DNA of 64,000 nucleotides from Epiperipatus broadwayi (Eukaryota > Animalia > Onychophora): NCBI GenBank assembly GCA_028023455.1, contig JAQFVV010000002.1, forward strand, positions 31,992,001-32,056,000, read 5' to 3'. Position numbers and translations under genes: made by a program. Positions 51,452 to 64,000 of this stretch are shown piece after piece. The notes under the pieces were generated by a model, which did not search any database, was not told where the DNA came from, and saw only the letters and a list, made by a program, of their open reading frames with translations. Positions within the stretch are counted from its first letter, which is position 1; each line of letters starts with the position of its first letter.

Positions 51452-54400
51452 TATCTTAATAGTAATCTTATATTTATTCTCCTATAAAATCTTTACGCTA
51501 AAAAGTAGTGCTTAATTTGTGGTTTAAATGTTATTCTAATATATAACTATTGAAACGGTTGTCTTCAAATCCCTCACCGTTTCACCAACCATCCTAATAA
51601 CCCACTCGTCTGTGCTAAGTTCAAACCTGTTTAATAAGTCTAAATTAAAATTTGTAAGCTAACAATTGCAATCACGGCTATATAAACAGCATTATATACC
51701 ACATACGAAAGAACGCTATAATTGAATAGTATTGCCAGAGTTATAGCTATAATTTTATCCGTAATATTTTTAAACTATTTTTAAACAGTAATAATGTAGC
51801 TCAATTTAATAATTCATTACTTAAATTGTATGTGGAATATAATCCACCTATATTGAATATATATATACATAGTGGCGTGATTAAAATATTTATTAAATTT
51901 TAAGTTTCATTTTTATTATAAACCAATTTAATGTAAAAACACATTGAAAGGGCGATTGATTGCAAATGCGCTGACAAGTTTCTTTTTAAAAAGAAAAAAG
52001 ATTTTTTTTCTAAAAATAAAAGTATTTTCGTAGAATTAAAAGTTTAGTAAAGTTTTTGCTGTAAACAATTGTATCAGTATATGCCACACCTGCCTTAGGT
52101 TTCTAAAAAAAAACCAATTTAAAATAATCTAGCTAATTGATTCTAAATTATTTTGGAGACCTGCTAATTAAAAAGATGTTTACAGCAGGGATTTTACACA
52201 TAAATTATAAAATCAGAACAAAATTCCTGACTAATTAAAATAAATCTAATATCGGATTAAACTGATTAAAATTCGATTTAATTAAAATTTGATAATCAGA
52301 GAAAAGTTATAACACCTAAAAGGAATGTCAGCATGTTTGAAATCAACCACTAATTTCCTAAGCAAATTAAAAATTTTGTAATCTTGATGGAGACGAAATT
52401 CCAAGGTGTGTGGGCTGATAAGGAGATCATTTAAAAAGGCCATGAAAAGTGGAGAAGCCATCTTAGAACTTGACTTTGTAAAACCTTGACAGCTGTGATT
52501 TCGTTAAAATCTTTACAGCTTGAAAGCTATACCTGAAGTTTTGCTTTGTCGTTCTTGGTTAAGCGTTTGAATCCAGCGTGTATCCCGAACCAAAACAACG
52601 TGGCATTTTGACAGCCAGTTAGGACAATAATTTATATCCTGAGAACAAAATGTCGGCTAAAACGACCTTGGCTAAGCTCAGAGTGAAGGCGACGGGCTTT
52701 ACTTCATCCAAAACCACCATCACATTATAACATCCCCCAACTGGAAGAAATGATAAGCCCACAAAGACTCCCTACTCACTATACTCAAGATGACCTAATC
52801 TCCATTCTAATTTCAATAATTAATTTTCTTAAGTCTAGACTTATCAAATGTATTCTAATTCTAAAAATCTTGAATTCAAGTAAATAACTAAGTGTAAATT
52901 TTGATTCTTAAATTTAATTATATGATTCTGACCTACTTTCTAATTGTTTACCAACTAAATATTTTAATAATTTTATTTTCTTTTGTTTTGTTCTTTATTC
53001 TTTTTTATTTAATATCAATTATATCTAATGCCTCAAACAATTCAATTAATAATAAAGAGAAGAGAAAGCCCTCTTATTTGATAATTATTTATTAGCTTAA
53101 TGCTTTTAAACCCTCTTAAATAACTCAAGAATTGTAATGATTATTATTATTTATTTATTTTATTATTTTGGAAGTTGAAAATGGGTTTTTAACCCAAAGT
53201 AAAGTTATTTTAATTTCACTAAGCAATATTCAAGCCTTGAATAAGTATATTTGTTGTTATTTCCTTTAGAAAACCCTCCAAATATCTTTCCCCTTTTATA
53301 TTAATCCTAATCAAAATTTATCTGAGATGAAACTAGAAAGTAAAGAATATTTAAAAGTATGACGTATAGCTCTGATTATTAAAAAGCTATATTAGAGTTG
53401 GGCAAGGACCTCTGAGTAGCTATCGTCTGTGCTAAATATTAAATTATATCAACTTTTGGTGATCATTTTATGATACCTTTAACTGCTTATGTTGATTTTC
53501 TTTAAAGGGACGGCCACCCTCTTCACCCTTTCAAATAAGACTGACTCAAATTCCAGGCAATAGTGTTAGCTACCCCAACCCTTTAACATCCATAGGGCGT
53601 TGACACAAAACTAAATATTAACCACAAAATTTATTATAACTTAAGCCTATAGAGTGGTGCTCACCCCCTTAAATAAGTTTCAGCCAGTCTGACTATTACA
53701 GACTAGTTTCCCCTTATGTTTGAAATAATAACTTATAGAAAATTTGATTTGTTACATATAGGAAAACAAGTGATGTTAGCTGAAAACATGAAATAGAGGG
53801 ATAGATAACTGCCCCATAGCTACAATGCAGTGACTGATCAAAGATAATAAAACAAATGTAAAATAATTATAATTGTAAGGAGAGAGGGTTAAAGCGCTCT
53901 CCAAAATTGTTAAATGCTACGCGCATTTTAATTGTAAAATGCAAGAATAATAGATAAAAATCGCCAAATTCAATCTACAAAATAAACATATAATTTAATA
54001 ATTTACTCTGATCTCGATCTTATTTTATTTCAATCCAATTCAGAAATTCTTTACGTTATATAGGTGATTTCCGATGCACGAATTAGTTTCGAATATATAT
54101 ATATAGTTAATAAAGTCCATTTTCGTTATGAGTCTCATTGCTTCTTCCTGGCCTATGTCGGCTCGCGGTTAAAATAATATCTATATGTATCTTCAAGGTG
54201 GTCATCCGTAGGGTCGTGAGTTTTGGAGCACAGATGAGGTAGTTGAAGTGCGGTCAGTCTCGAGGTCTAACCATCTCATACTGGTCGGGCTTGGTATCTT
54301 TGCTGGGACTCTGGATTCTGTTGCGCGAATGTGCTAGCTTGACCTTGACCGGTAACTATAAACTTATAAGCTTTAACTTGAACTTAAATGTAATCCTAAA

Positions 54401-54997
54401 TATACGAAGAACAATACAAAGGATATCTTACCAAATGACCTCCGCTCTTAAGTTGTTTACAAGATCAAATGCCAGGAACTCACCTGCCCTTCCATTTATC
54501 ATGAAGAATTTCAGGCAAACCTATCTATGCATATAGCCTAACATATATACTTATATAATAAAAAGCTGGAATAACACAGACACACCCTCAATATTTTTTG
54601 AGCATTTCTCTACAATTGGCCATCCTTTTGTTTCTTTATCTGTCAACATTGTGTGTACTGAAGGCAACATTAAATGAAAAATTAGAGACATGGTTATCTC
54701 AGGTGATAAAAACTCATCGCTAGAAAAGAAACATACATACCCCTCTCTAAGAGATGGCCTATTCTCTCAAGTTGATTTTCATATTTAAATTTTATGTAAA
54801 TTAGCAATACCTGCATATATATATACCACTCCCAATTCTCAACTTATGTTATGTCTATAACTTGTAATAGACGAGAGTCGGCTAAACACATACCACTTTA
54901 AAAAAAACATATTTTATGAAAGCTTTTCTCTATATGTTCATCGTATATTTATGATTACATTCTAATATATATAAATTACCAAACACAAATACCGTAC

Positions 54998-55141
54998 ATG
55001 TATTCTCATGCCATTATCAATAGGATAGGAACCAAGAAGAGCGCTATTGTTGTCCAATGCTATAATAAAAACATCGTCTCTGTTAAATAACTGCAACTGC
55101 ATTGACTCTGCTGATCCACCTGTCAAAAGTTCCAATTTATT
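54998..55141 (-). CDS. TBCB: TBCB exon 2, NKLELLTGGSAESMQLQLFNRDDVFIIALDNNSALLGSYPIDNGMRIH
   Basis: AG acceptor after a poly-T tract, GTACGG donor, 144 nt; KLELL and LLGSYP.D.G.RIH motifs of the TBCB Ubl domain. Confidence 0.97.
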
Positions 55142-55629
55142 CTACAAAAAAAATTAAAAAATTTATGCTATAATATAAATATCCTATTTGTAACAAAAAT
55201 TTTGGAGATAAAAATAGAGAAGCAAACTTATATTTTAGTCTAACAGAAATACTATTTTAAAAACTGACTAATTACAGTGGATGCATCTGAATAAGAATAT
55301 AAAAACATCATGTGATATTGTTGTCATTATTACTCACATAAAAATTCTAAGACTCGCAAAAATAATTTTCAATACTACTCTAAGATATTTAATGCTTTAT
55401 CTGTACTTTAAATTATATTACTTAGTAATATTCGTAAAAATTTCAAGACTGTATTGAATAAATGGTTTACTGCTCGGAAATTTGTAAAAAGTTCGAGCAC
55501 TGGATGAAACTTGACTTCCAGAGGCTATCATTGAGCACTGCATGTAACCTGGTGGGGCAAAAAAAGTATCAAACACTTGCTAACATTCTAACTTTGTAAC
55601 ATCAATATCATCAAGTTACAATGATATAT

Positions 55630-56095
55630 GATGAATGTGCTAATAGTTCTAAATAAGCTTTCCTGATAAATGCTGCAAGAGAAAGCATTTAAAATCTCTA
55701 TCTAAAATTACCCCTATCCCCAAACCGGTTTCGAGCTACTGGCTTTCCTCAGTGAGGTGCTAGCACATTCAGACACAAGATCTAAAATACCAGCTCAAGC
55801 TCAGCATTTATTTAATATTTAACTATTAAGTAGAAAATCTGAAATTTTCAGTCATCTATATGCATTCAAATCCAGCCATCTAACTTAAATAGTTATATGA
55901 GCCTGAGAAAATTTCATCTACACTATATATTAATAGTCTTAACAATATAACATCACCAAAGCCTTGAAAGCCAAACTATAATAGTAAAAAAATCAAGTCA
56001 TATATTAGGCTTGTATTACAAATGTAATGGCTATTAGCATGCTCATTATATTACATTTGTAATACAAGCTTCTTAAGTTACATGGTTATGACTTG
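55630..56095 (-). mobile_element. Family B copy with HHR core at 55718-55757 and a short terminal fold-back
   Basis: Minus strand: CCTCA CTGAGGA A AGC-CAGTA-GCT C GAAAC CG GTT TGGGG; inverted segment at about 55990-56095. Confidence 0.82.
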
Positions 56096-57169
56096 CTTTT
56101 TTTACAATTGAAGTTACAAGTTACAATGAATATACATCAATGTCTAATGTTTGATGAAAATGTTTTAATTTCAATACTATTCTACTCTCCTGCTTTCTCT
56201 ATTTTCTATCGAGATTTTTTGGAGTTCACTATACTAATCGAACTTAGTCTATCGATTGAATTTTCCAGAGGCTTCTTTATTATATCATCTTATCCTGACA
56301 TTCATATTTATTCTAAAATTTAAATTTATATCTAAAGAATTAGAAACTATAATATTGAAGTTAACGTTGTTTAGAAAGTTCACGATATATATTTCAATGA
56401 TTAAAAGAAATACAAAACCAACTGTTAAATGAAATAGTCAAGTCCAAAAAAATTAGTCACCAGCTGCGTTTGTAGATTATAAATCAGGTGGCCAAAATAA
56501 TTTTACTTTTGATAGTGTGAATATTCTACACAGGAAATAGAATATTAGAAAAAATTGAGAGAAAGATTTTCATAAATTTATGCAATAAATCACTAGTATC
56601 CAACATGTAAATATCCGTGACATATGGTATATAAGATGGTTTTATTAACACTGTCAAAAACAAGCTACATCAGCGTAAAATACATTTACACTACATTTTT
56701 AAATTTATTATTATTTACCATTATTTCTATAATAAACTTCATATACAACAAATTTACAAAAAAAATTAAATATTGTCTAAAAAGTTACAATATATCCAAT
56801 TAAAGGAAATTCTGCAGTTGCTTCATACAAAGAAAATATTGTTACATTAAATATAACCTTCATGCATGTTCCATGCAGGGCAGCCCTGCATGGTTATATT
56901 TAATGTTTCCTACATTTTCTCCATGTCATCATCATCATTTACCAACTACTATCAAATATACTGCAGTATTAAAGTCTTTCCAAGTTTAATCCAGTTAATC
57001 TAATCCCTAGCTTCTGTTCTTCCCAATATACCAACAAAATTCCTTAATTTATTCATCCATCTCATGTGGCATCTTTCTAGGTCTTTCATGAGATCTAATT
57101 TAAAGCTTTAAATGTCCATTTATTATCATTTTTTCTAGCAATATGTTCAAACCAGTTTCATTTCAAAAT

Positions 57170-57495
57170 AAGTCATAGATCACATGACCCAATTCTCTTA
57201 AGCTTGTAAGATATAAAAAATGAGCATTTGCCAATTGCTCAACAAGCTTTGTGATAAATGCTTAGCCAGAGAAAGCATTTAAAATATCTCTGACAGGAAG
57301 CTCCCCCCTAACCACTGACCATGGTTTCATGCTCTGGCACTCCTCAGAGGCGCTAGGGTAGTTTCAGACACTAGATCTAAAAATACCAACCCAAAGCCAG
57401 CATTTATCTAAAAGTTATTTATTGAGTGGAAAATCTGAAATTTTCAGACACCTGCATGTCTTCAAACCCAGCTATCCAACTCAAGCTACAACCCA
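57170..57495 (-). mobile_element. Divergent family B copy with HHR core at about 57312-57352, abutting a GIY-YIG remnant
   Basis: Minus strand: CTGAGGA GTGC-CAGA-GCAT GAAAC CATG GTC; stem III palindrome ACCATGGT; flanks align to family B. Confidence 0.78.
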
Positions 57496-57504
57496 AAGAA
57501 CAAC

Positions 57505-57876
57505 ATGAAAGATAAAATACAAATATTAGACCAACCCAACTTGCTTTATGCTATAGATTGTAGCCAAAAGGACTGTCCATATATATACTATAATAAGACA
57601 AAGGCAAACATTAAAACAAGAATTACGCAGCATACTCTAATATATAGAAAGTCACAGACAAAATCCGTTACCATTAATACTCTGGCCTTTTACAATTATG
57701 AAAGAAAACATGCCCATAATTTTGATCCAAGTTGTATACAAATAATGCACAAAGAGAGAAATGATCGCAAACACAAAATCAAAGAGGCATGGTTTATTTC
57801 AAAAAATGAATATATAATGAACCAGAGAACAAATAGTATTCAAACCAGCAAAAAATGGGTTGCTTCAGCAGAATAA
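57505..57876 (+). pseudogene. Penelope-type GIY-YIG endonuclease remnant (second PLE family)
   Basis: NLLYAIDC..KDC..IYYNKTK.NIKTRITQH ... KERNDRKHKIKEAWFI ... MNQR resembles the PLE C-terminal domain; the second motif (YIG) is degraded. Confidence 0.85.
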
Positions 57877-58779
57877 CCATGAATATGACGTGAAAGAGTC
57901 AATAATATATTTAGTGCTAATAATTCAATAAATATTCTGATTTAGTATTCTTTTAGTATGGCAGAATGTCAAGATATATATATATCAGTTAAGCTCATTC
58001 TGATGTCAGATTGAGTAACTAAGCAATAGAGAACTACAAGTAAATGTGGATTATCAGCAGTAGCAGTCTCCATTGCTTGACAAATTCTTACTAAAATTTA
58101 TTATAGGATATCAATTTTAGAATTACAATGTAAACTTTAATATAAAATAGAGGAACTGAAAGTCAAAAGAATATGAGCAATGGCCGACCAGAAATGAAAT
58201 AATGACATGAAAAAGGGCATCAATCTATGAGAATAAAATGAAAATGATCACTTCATCTAATAGGAAAAAGATAATAAGATCTATCACCCACTGAAGATAA
58301 TAATAAATGGATTTATTAAACTATAATTATTGAACTACAATTTGGTACATATATTACTCACAAAACTAATTTTAGATTGGAATTTAAAATTTCTCTCAAA
58401 TTAAATCAAGAATATAAACATTTTTGATTAGTTTTAAAACTTCCTTAAACTGAGTTATAAGAATGAGTAATTATTAGACAAAAGATAAAAAGTAAATTCA
58501 CCAAATTTATATTTTTAAAGAAAGGTTTGCTAAAGAAGTGATTGTTTTTAGACAAACCTTTTAAAAATATTTAATATATCTTTAATTATATGAATTGCTA
58601 TAAATATGATATCATAACCAAGATGTCAAAAGTGCTTAGTTCAAGTTAAGGTACGTCTACACTGAAGCTTTTCTTATTTAGCATTCTTACCACTTAGAAT
58701 TTAATATGTCTTTACAACTTTTTAATCGATTAAGTATAATGTATTTAATTTGAATTTAAACATTAATGGCATTTATCAC

Positions 58780-60230
58780 TAAATAAATAAGATCAATTAG
58801 TTATTCAGGAGGTCATATGAGATTAGAACACTAAAATGGTGGTTCAACATTAACAGTTACATTTATTTAACTCGCATTTGAAACCATTCAGGAATATTGA
58901 CCTATTGATCTCCAGCTCTAATACTGCTGAAGTGCATATAGGAGTGGCACATTCTACACTGTCTAGAAATAATCCAAAAATAGCAAAACTAAAAAAAAAA
59001 ATGTTACTACCTTAAGTAATAATCATGACATGTAATATACTTGGATATGTTTATAATAATATATAATGATTTATATGTGGATCAGGTTATGTATGATCTG
59101 TCAAAAGTTGACCTGGTTCCATAATTTTGGAATAATGCAAAGTTATCAAAAGAACATTTGCAAATATCATTCCATAATAGTCCATACATGTTGTATCTGT
59201 AAAAGATTCATCAGGATAACTTGTTGATACTGGTGACAGATATAAGTAGTTAAAACATGCATTATCCTATTCTAACAATGTACTTGTAATGGTAGACTTA
59301 GATGATAAACAAATCAGTCCTTTATTCTAATGGCATTACCATTCATATCTAACACCCTGAGATCATTTTTTTGTAAAATGGGTCTTTTTCTACTCTTGGA
59401 AGCAACAGTATACCAATCATGGACTGATATCAATGATCCTCTGCTACCACTGTCTATCTCCATAGATATGGGCTGATCACCCAGTTTTAATATTTTTGTC
59501 ATCATCTGTGGACATTTTTTTTAATATTGGTACACTGTATTGCCTAGCCCTGATACAAATGTTTATAGCTATTACTTTCCTTGCTAAGATCGTTAAGTTT
59601 TTTCTTTACACATTATTTCCATATGCCCTTTTTTTTTACGCATTTTGCAGCATATTCTTTAATGAAAACAGTTGCTGGCTCTGTAGCCATTTTTCCACAG
59701 CAAAAACATATAAACGGGTTTTAACTGTTGGCACCATTATCATTACTCTTAGATAATTCTTTCTTTATGGTTTTACAAACACCTGTCTGCGATTTGCGAT
59801 TACTCTTGAAATCAGCGAATTTTCAAGATTGCTCAAACACGAGTTCATATGCTATCCCATATTTTATAGCTTCAATATAATTTAAATTGCTAACAGCCAA
59901 TAATTGTTGCTATAAGCAATCATTAAGCATACCAGTTAGAAATTGTTCCAGGTTTCATTTAGGAATGATCCATAGATGCAATTCTTTGTTAACTTATGAA
60001 GAGCACTATCGTAATCTTTTACGCTTTCATCCCTACCTTGGTACCGACCAGGGAATTTCAGTCTAGCGACATGCTTAGTGGGTTGGGGATTAAAATGATT
60101 TGACAAATGATCTTTAACCTGATCATATGAACAATCTTCAGGAGTTAGAGGTTCTGTGAGCCTGTTAACTACCGTTCCCAGCAAAACATAATAATGAAGC
60201 AATCTTATACTTATTTATTAACTTTATTAA
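58780..60230 (-). mobile_element. Ty3/gypsy gag-protease-RT remnant
   Basis: gag NHFNPQPT...RFK-like..QGRDESV.DY; protease MEIDSGS; RT start ECATPI. Confidence 0.85.
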
Positions 60231-61734
60231 TAAATATTTTTTCACATTTTGAACATACAGGGATCAATAATTCGCCTCGCTGACGTCAAATTCACCTACA
60301 TTCGATTGCATTTTTAATGACTCTTTATGCATCAATTTAACCTTAACATTTGATTCCTTAATTTGAATCAACTGAGTGCACTTTGATCTGAGCGCAACTT
60401 TGGGAGGTTTCAATAACTGTAATTTCATTTACAGTTTCAAATTTTGAACTGCCTCAGTATTGTGTGTCTGGGCTACTTTTGACTTTCCCTCTTCGAACTG
60501 CCAGCTGCTAATGATATGGATGCAGACCATTATAGTTCGTATCAAGACTATGCTACTGCCAATTGCTATGCCCAAGACTTCTATATTGTTGGAAACCTTG
60601 TCTTAACTGTTCCAGACTTATTTAACGATAATAAATCTCCAGTAATTACACAAATCTATTAGGTTTAGATTAAATGCAATTTAATAATAAATATTGTTAG
60701 CCATATATAAATACGTTACAATTTATATGCACATCTATATACATTATAAATATACCTAAACCATACATAAATCATATTATAGATCAATACCATTTGTAAG
60801 AGTTCTAACTAGCTGTTCCCAACTTTCGGAGGGCAGCTCCACATTTGAAGTGAATGTGCCAAGGGGGACATTCTGTTCCAATTTATGATCGTGTCCACAT
60901 GTGAAGTTCCAACAATCAAGTGAAGTCTTCTTAATCTAAATTGTACTGAGATAGATATTCATTGTTTCAATCCCTGAAGTTGATTGACTCATACTTCCGT
61001 CCACCCACTCAGGTGATTCTTCTATTCACTGCTCCACACATGAATTTAAATCGTTATCTTTTTGACTTCAATTAATGAGTTATTTTTTAGTTTATCGTTT
61101 ATCTTATGAAGGAAATCTAAACTCGAATTCCTTTGTTTTATTTCATTAACGACCTATTCTACTCTCATTAATTAGACTGTTATTACTTTTAGAAAAAAAA
61201 AAAATTTCTGATCTTAAATGTTATAAATATTTTACTTCCTATTTAAACAGAATCCGTCTTTTGATTTTCTTTAATTTACTAAACTTATTATACCTATATA
61301 TGTATGTATATTTAAGCATACACATACATATCATAATTTTAAGAAGAGATTCAACTATGGGAATTTGAAGAGAACAAAAAAACAATAGAAAGAATATGAA
61401 TGGTCTGAAAGACAAAAAGTATCATCAACGCAAATTTAAATATGTATATATTTATAATTAAAATTTAATCACAATAATGAAATCATTAATTACGTTTGGA
61501 AATATTATTAATTTAAAATCTTAAGGTTTCTTCCTTGCTTCTAGCAACCCGTCAGTTTTTAGTTTTGGTTATTCAAATTAAGTAGCTAAAGGAAACAAAA
61601 CCAATTTAATAAAATTTGTTTTCAAAAAAGGATAACTTAAAAACTAAAGATTATAGAATTAAATTTAGGATACAATAATTTCAAATATCGTATTATTATT
61701 TGTCACTCAAATAAAATCCAAAGATGAATAATAC

Positions 61735-61854
61735 CTTCAAATCTCTGATGGTTAAACTTTTGGAAAATCTCCTTTCAGAACCAAACGTATTTACGGTACT
61801 GGAAACAAACACAGTAACGACACTATCTGTTATAACAGTGTAATGGTCCGACAT
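61735..61854 (-). CDS. TBCB: TBCB exon 1 (start codon), MSDHYTVITDSVVTVFVSSTVNTFGSERRFSKSLTIRDLK
   Basis: Hand translation matches the TBCB Ubl N-terminus (TVFISS..SEKRYS.SLTI.E.K); 120 nt, followed by a GT donor, phase 0. Confidence 0.95.
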
Positions 61855-61990
61855 GATGACAATTTAAAAATAAATATATTTTTCATATACACAATAGTTC
61901 TTTTTGAAAAAAATGATCCACTAAACTATGTACTGAAAACGCCGGCAACGACTACAACGCACAACTCACATGTCTGCTAGAAAAATAATG
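61855..61990 (-). promoter_or_regulatory. Probable TBCB 5' UTR / promoter region
   Basis: CpG-retaining patch (gccggcaacgactacaacgc) just upstream of the ATG in a CpG-poor background; TSS not determinable. Confidence 0.35.
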
Positions 61991-63045
61991 ATGAAGAAGC
62001 AAAAATATGATAATTATAAAATAAAATATTTTACAATTTTTAATTTAAAAATATATATAATTTTATTAAAATAAAAATGGCTATGTTGTAATAATTTTAT
62101 AAATTTACATTTCATATCTCTTAAATTTAATTAAAAGTAAGTGCGGGATGTTTATTTTTAATGGCGATTAATTGGCTGACGTCTGCCTTTTTTACAAAAC
62201 AACTAATTATTATGCAAGTCATTTAAAACAAATATTTTTGGCATTATTGTACATTTTCAATAGATTCTTTCTAAAAATAATAAATAAATATCAAAAAGAA
62301 AAATGTAAATTTCTTTTTATGCTAAACCATTTAGCTATCAAGATTCATCCAATATTGATCAGGGTGGTGATTGATGCATGTATTTTTGAAGATATAAAAT
62401 AATACTTATTACGATATTAAAATCGGAGTAGGTATTTAAAAGTTTTATACATAAGATTCTTTTATCTATCCTACCATTTTGTATGTTTTTAATTATTAAT
62501 AATTATCAAATGAGCACAACTTAATATATAATTAAAATATATCCCGATTGTCGTTATGAAATAAGGTCAGGAAAAAGGATTCTGTGTTTGACATTACAAT
62601 TCAGGTATGAGTATTAGAATGAGAAAAAGGGGTGTCTATAAACATTTGACCCTAGTTTACAATATAAAATTTTAGGGAAATCAAAACTAGGGGACAACGA
62701 ATTATGATATCTAAAGTACCTATTTTCCGAAGATGAAAAAAACACGAACGTATTGGTTACAAGGTCCTATCATCATTTTTAGACCTTCAGGTTAATGGTG
62801 TACTATGTCTGTTTTATTTAATAGTTATATGTTAGCATATTCAAAATTGATTGATCATGTGTTCTGCATAAGATATTACTAGCCAGACATATCCACATTA
62901 AACAAATCACTGCTCTAACCAACTAATATAATATGGTAAACAAAAGCAACTTCCTATTTAGTGCTATCTACTGGAAGATTGAGGAATTGGTGATTCCTTT
63001 ACTGCAATTAAAGTCCGGTCTTCAAATCAGTTTCTAGGTTTTGCG

Positions 63046-63791
63046 TTTATCATTGAGGCTTTGTTCAAAGTTGGAAGCAATGGTATCAAATGTCCAGCAA
63101 GTACCTTTAACTCTATTTTTATTGCTTCAAGTAAAAATCTGAAATTCAAGTCTGTTTTTAAGCTAAACACTTGAAATTCAAATCAGCTTAGGTTTTGAAC
63201 CCAAGCTAACCTTGAATAATTTATATAGATCTGACTCCTGTATCTATATTTAGTATTTTCTGTTCTTTATAAACTGTAACTTCTTATTCCCCTGGTTAGG
63301 AATGTTAATAATATCAAATCACTTCTCCAGATTGAATTATAAAATTGAGATATATACTTGATTATTGACTACATTTTTTCAAACTTTGAATCCCAAAGCC
63401 ATATTGATAATGATTTAAGCCAAGAAACCCATCTGATGATAGGAATTTAAATACAATAAAATATCTGGCATTTCCTGATTATTCAAGCTTACAATGGATT
63501 GCACTAAAATAGAAAACTCTTGTTTTATCGTAAAAGATGAGCTGAAGAGAAAAATGGTTTGCTATTGTTACTAACATTCTTAGTCAAGAAAATAAACTGC
63601 CTATAATTTATAAAGGATTGAAAGTACACTAAAATATATAGATACAGAATTGGAGTTGGAAGTCAGTTCAAAGTTTTGGGTTGATTTGGATTTCAAGTTT
63701 TTAGCTTGAATAGTAAAATGAAGTTAAAGGTGATTGCTATATGCTTGACTGTATTGCTTCCAACTTTGAATCTTAAAGCCTCATGATAAAA
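63046..63791. repeat. Diverged inverted repeat pair (about 63046-63280 and 63604-63791)
   Basis: Shared tttatcat.gaggcttt...ttcaaagttggaagcaat...cctttaact...ctgtatctata...ctttataaa in opposite orientation. Confidence 0.75.
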
Positions 63792-64000
63792 GTTGAAAGT
63801 GAATATTTTAATAATAGAAAGATTTTAAATACAATAAGGTATCCGGTTCTCAAGCTTAATTCTAGCACTCTAATAAGGAGCCGCTCCTGTCTTGCTCATT
63901 TATGAAATTTATTTGATTTCCGAAACAGTAGTGTTTTTACAATTAAAGAAACTAATTTTCTCTCAGAAAGGTATTTGGACTCACAAATATGGTGAAATAG

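Noticed and set aside
52400-54540. LINE ORF1/ORF2 on the minus strand
   Set aside because: Composition suggests a decayed element, but I could not read unambiguous motifs, so no call is made
1-64000. CRISPR arrays, rRNA or prokaryotic systems
   Set aside because: No regularly spaced repeats or rRNA motifs; spliced gene and TE content show this is animal nuclear DNA

Overview
AT-rich animal genomic DNA, probably from an invertebrate (arthropod-like); the species cannot be identified from the sequence. One host gene is reconstructable: tubulin-folding cofactor B (TBCB). It has six GT-AG exons on the minus strand spanning 18212-61854 and encodes 247 aa (Ubl plus CAP-Gly domains). The rest is layered transposon debris: RTE and other LINE fragments, three Ty3/gypsy remnants, two hAT elements with 8-bp TSDs, a deleted mariner, a 91-bp MITE and a short tRNA-derived SINE. 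The standout is a near-full-length Penelope-like retroelement (RT plus GIY-YIG, two frame breaks) with an inverted 3' copy, three hammerhead ribozyme (HHR) motifs and a 12-13 bp TSD, nested in an RTE LINE. About 20 further HHR-like cores from four other families (A-D) occur, mostly inside 0.25-0.8 kb fold-back palindromes. Several have palindromic stem III, a non-canonical stem II junction and compensatory base changes. All ribozyme calls are folds done by eye, not tested activity. Exon, TSD and TIR coordinates were counted; degraded-repeat boundaries are approximate.
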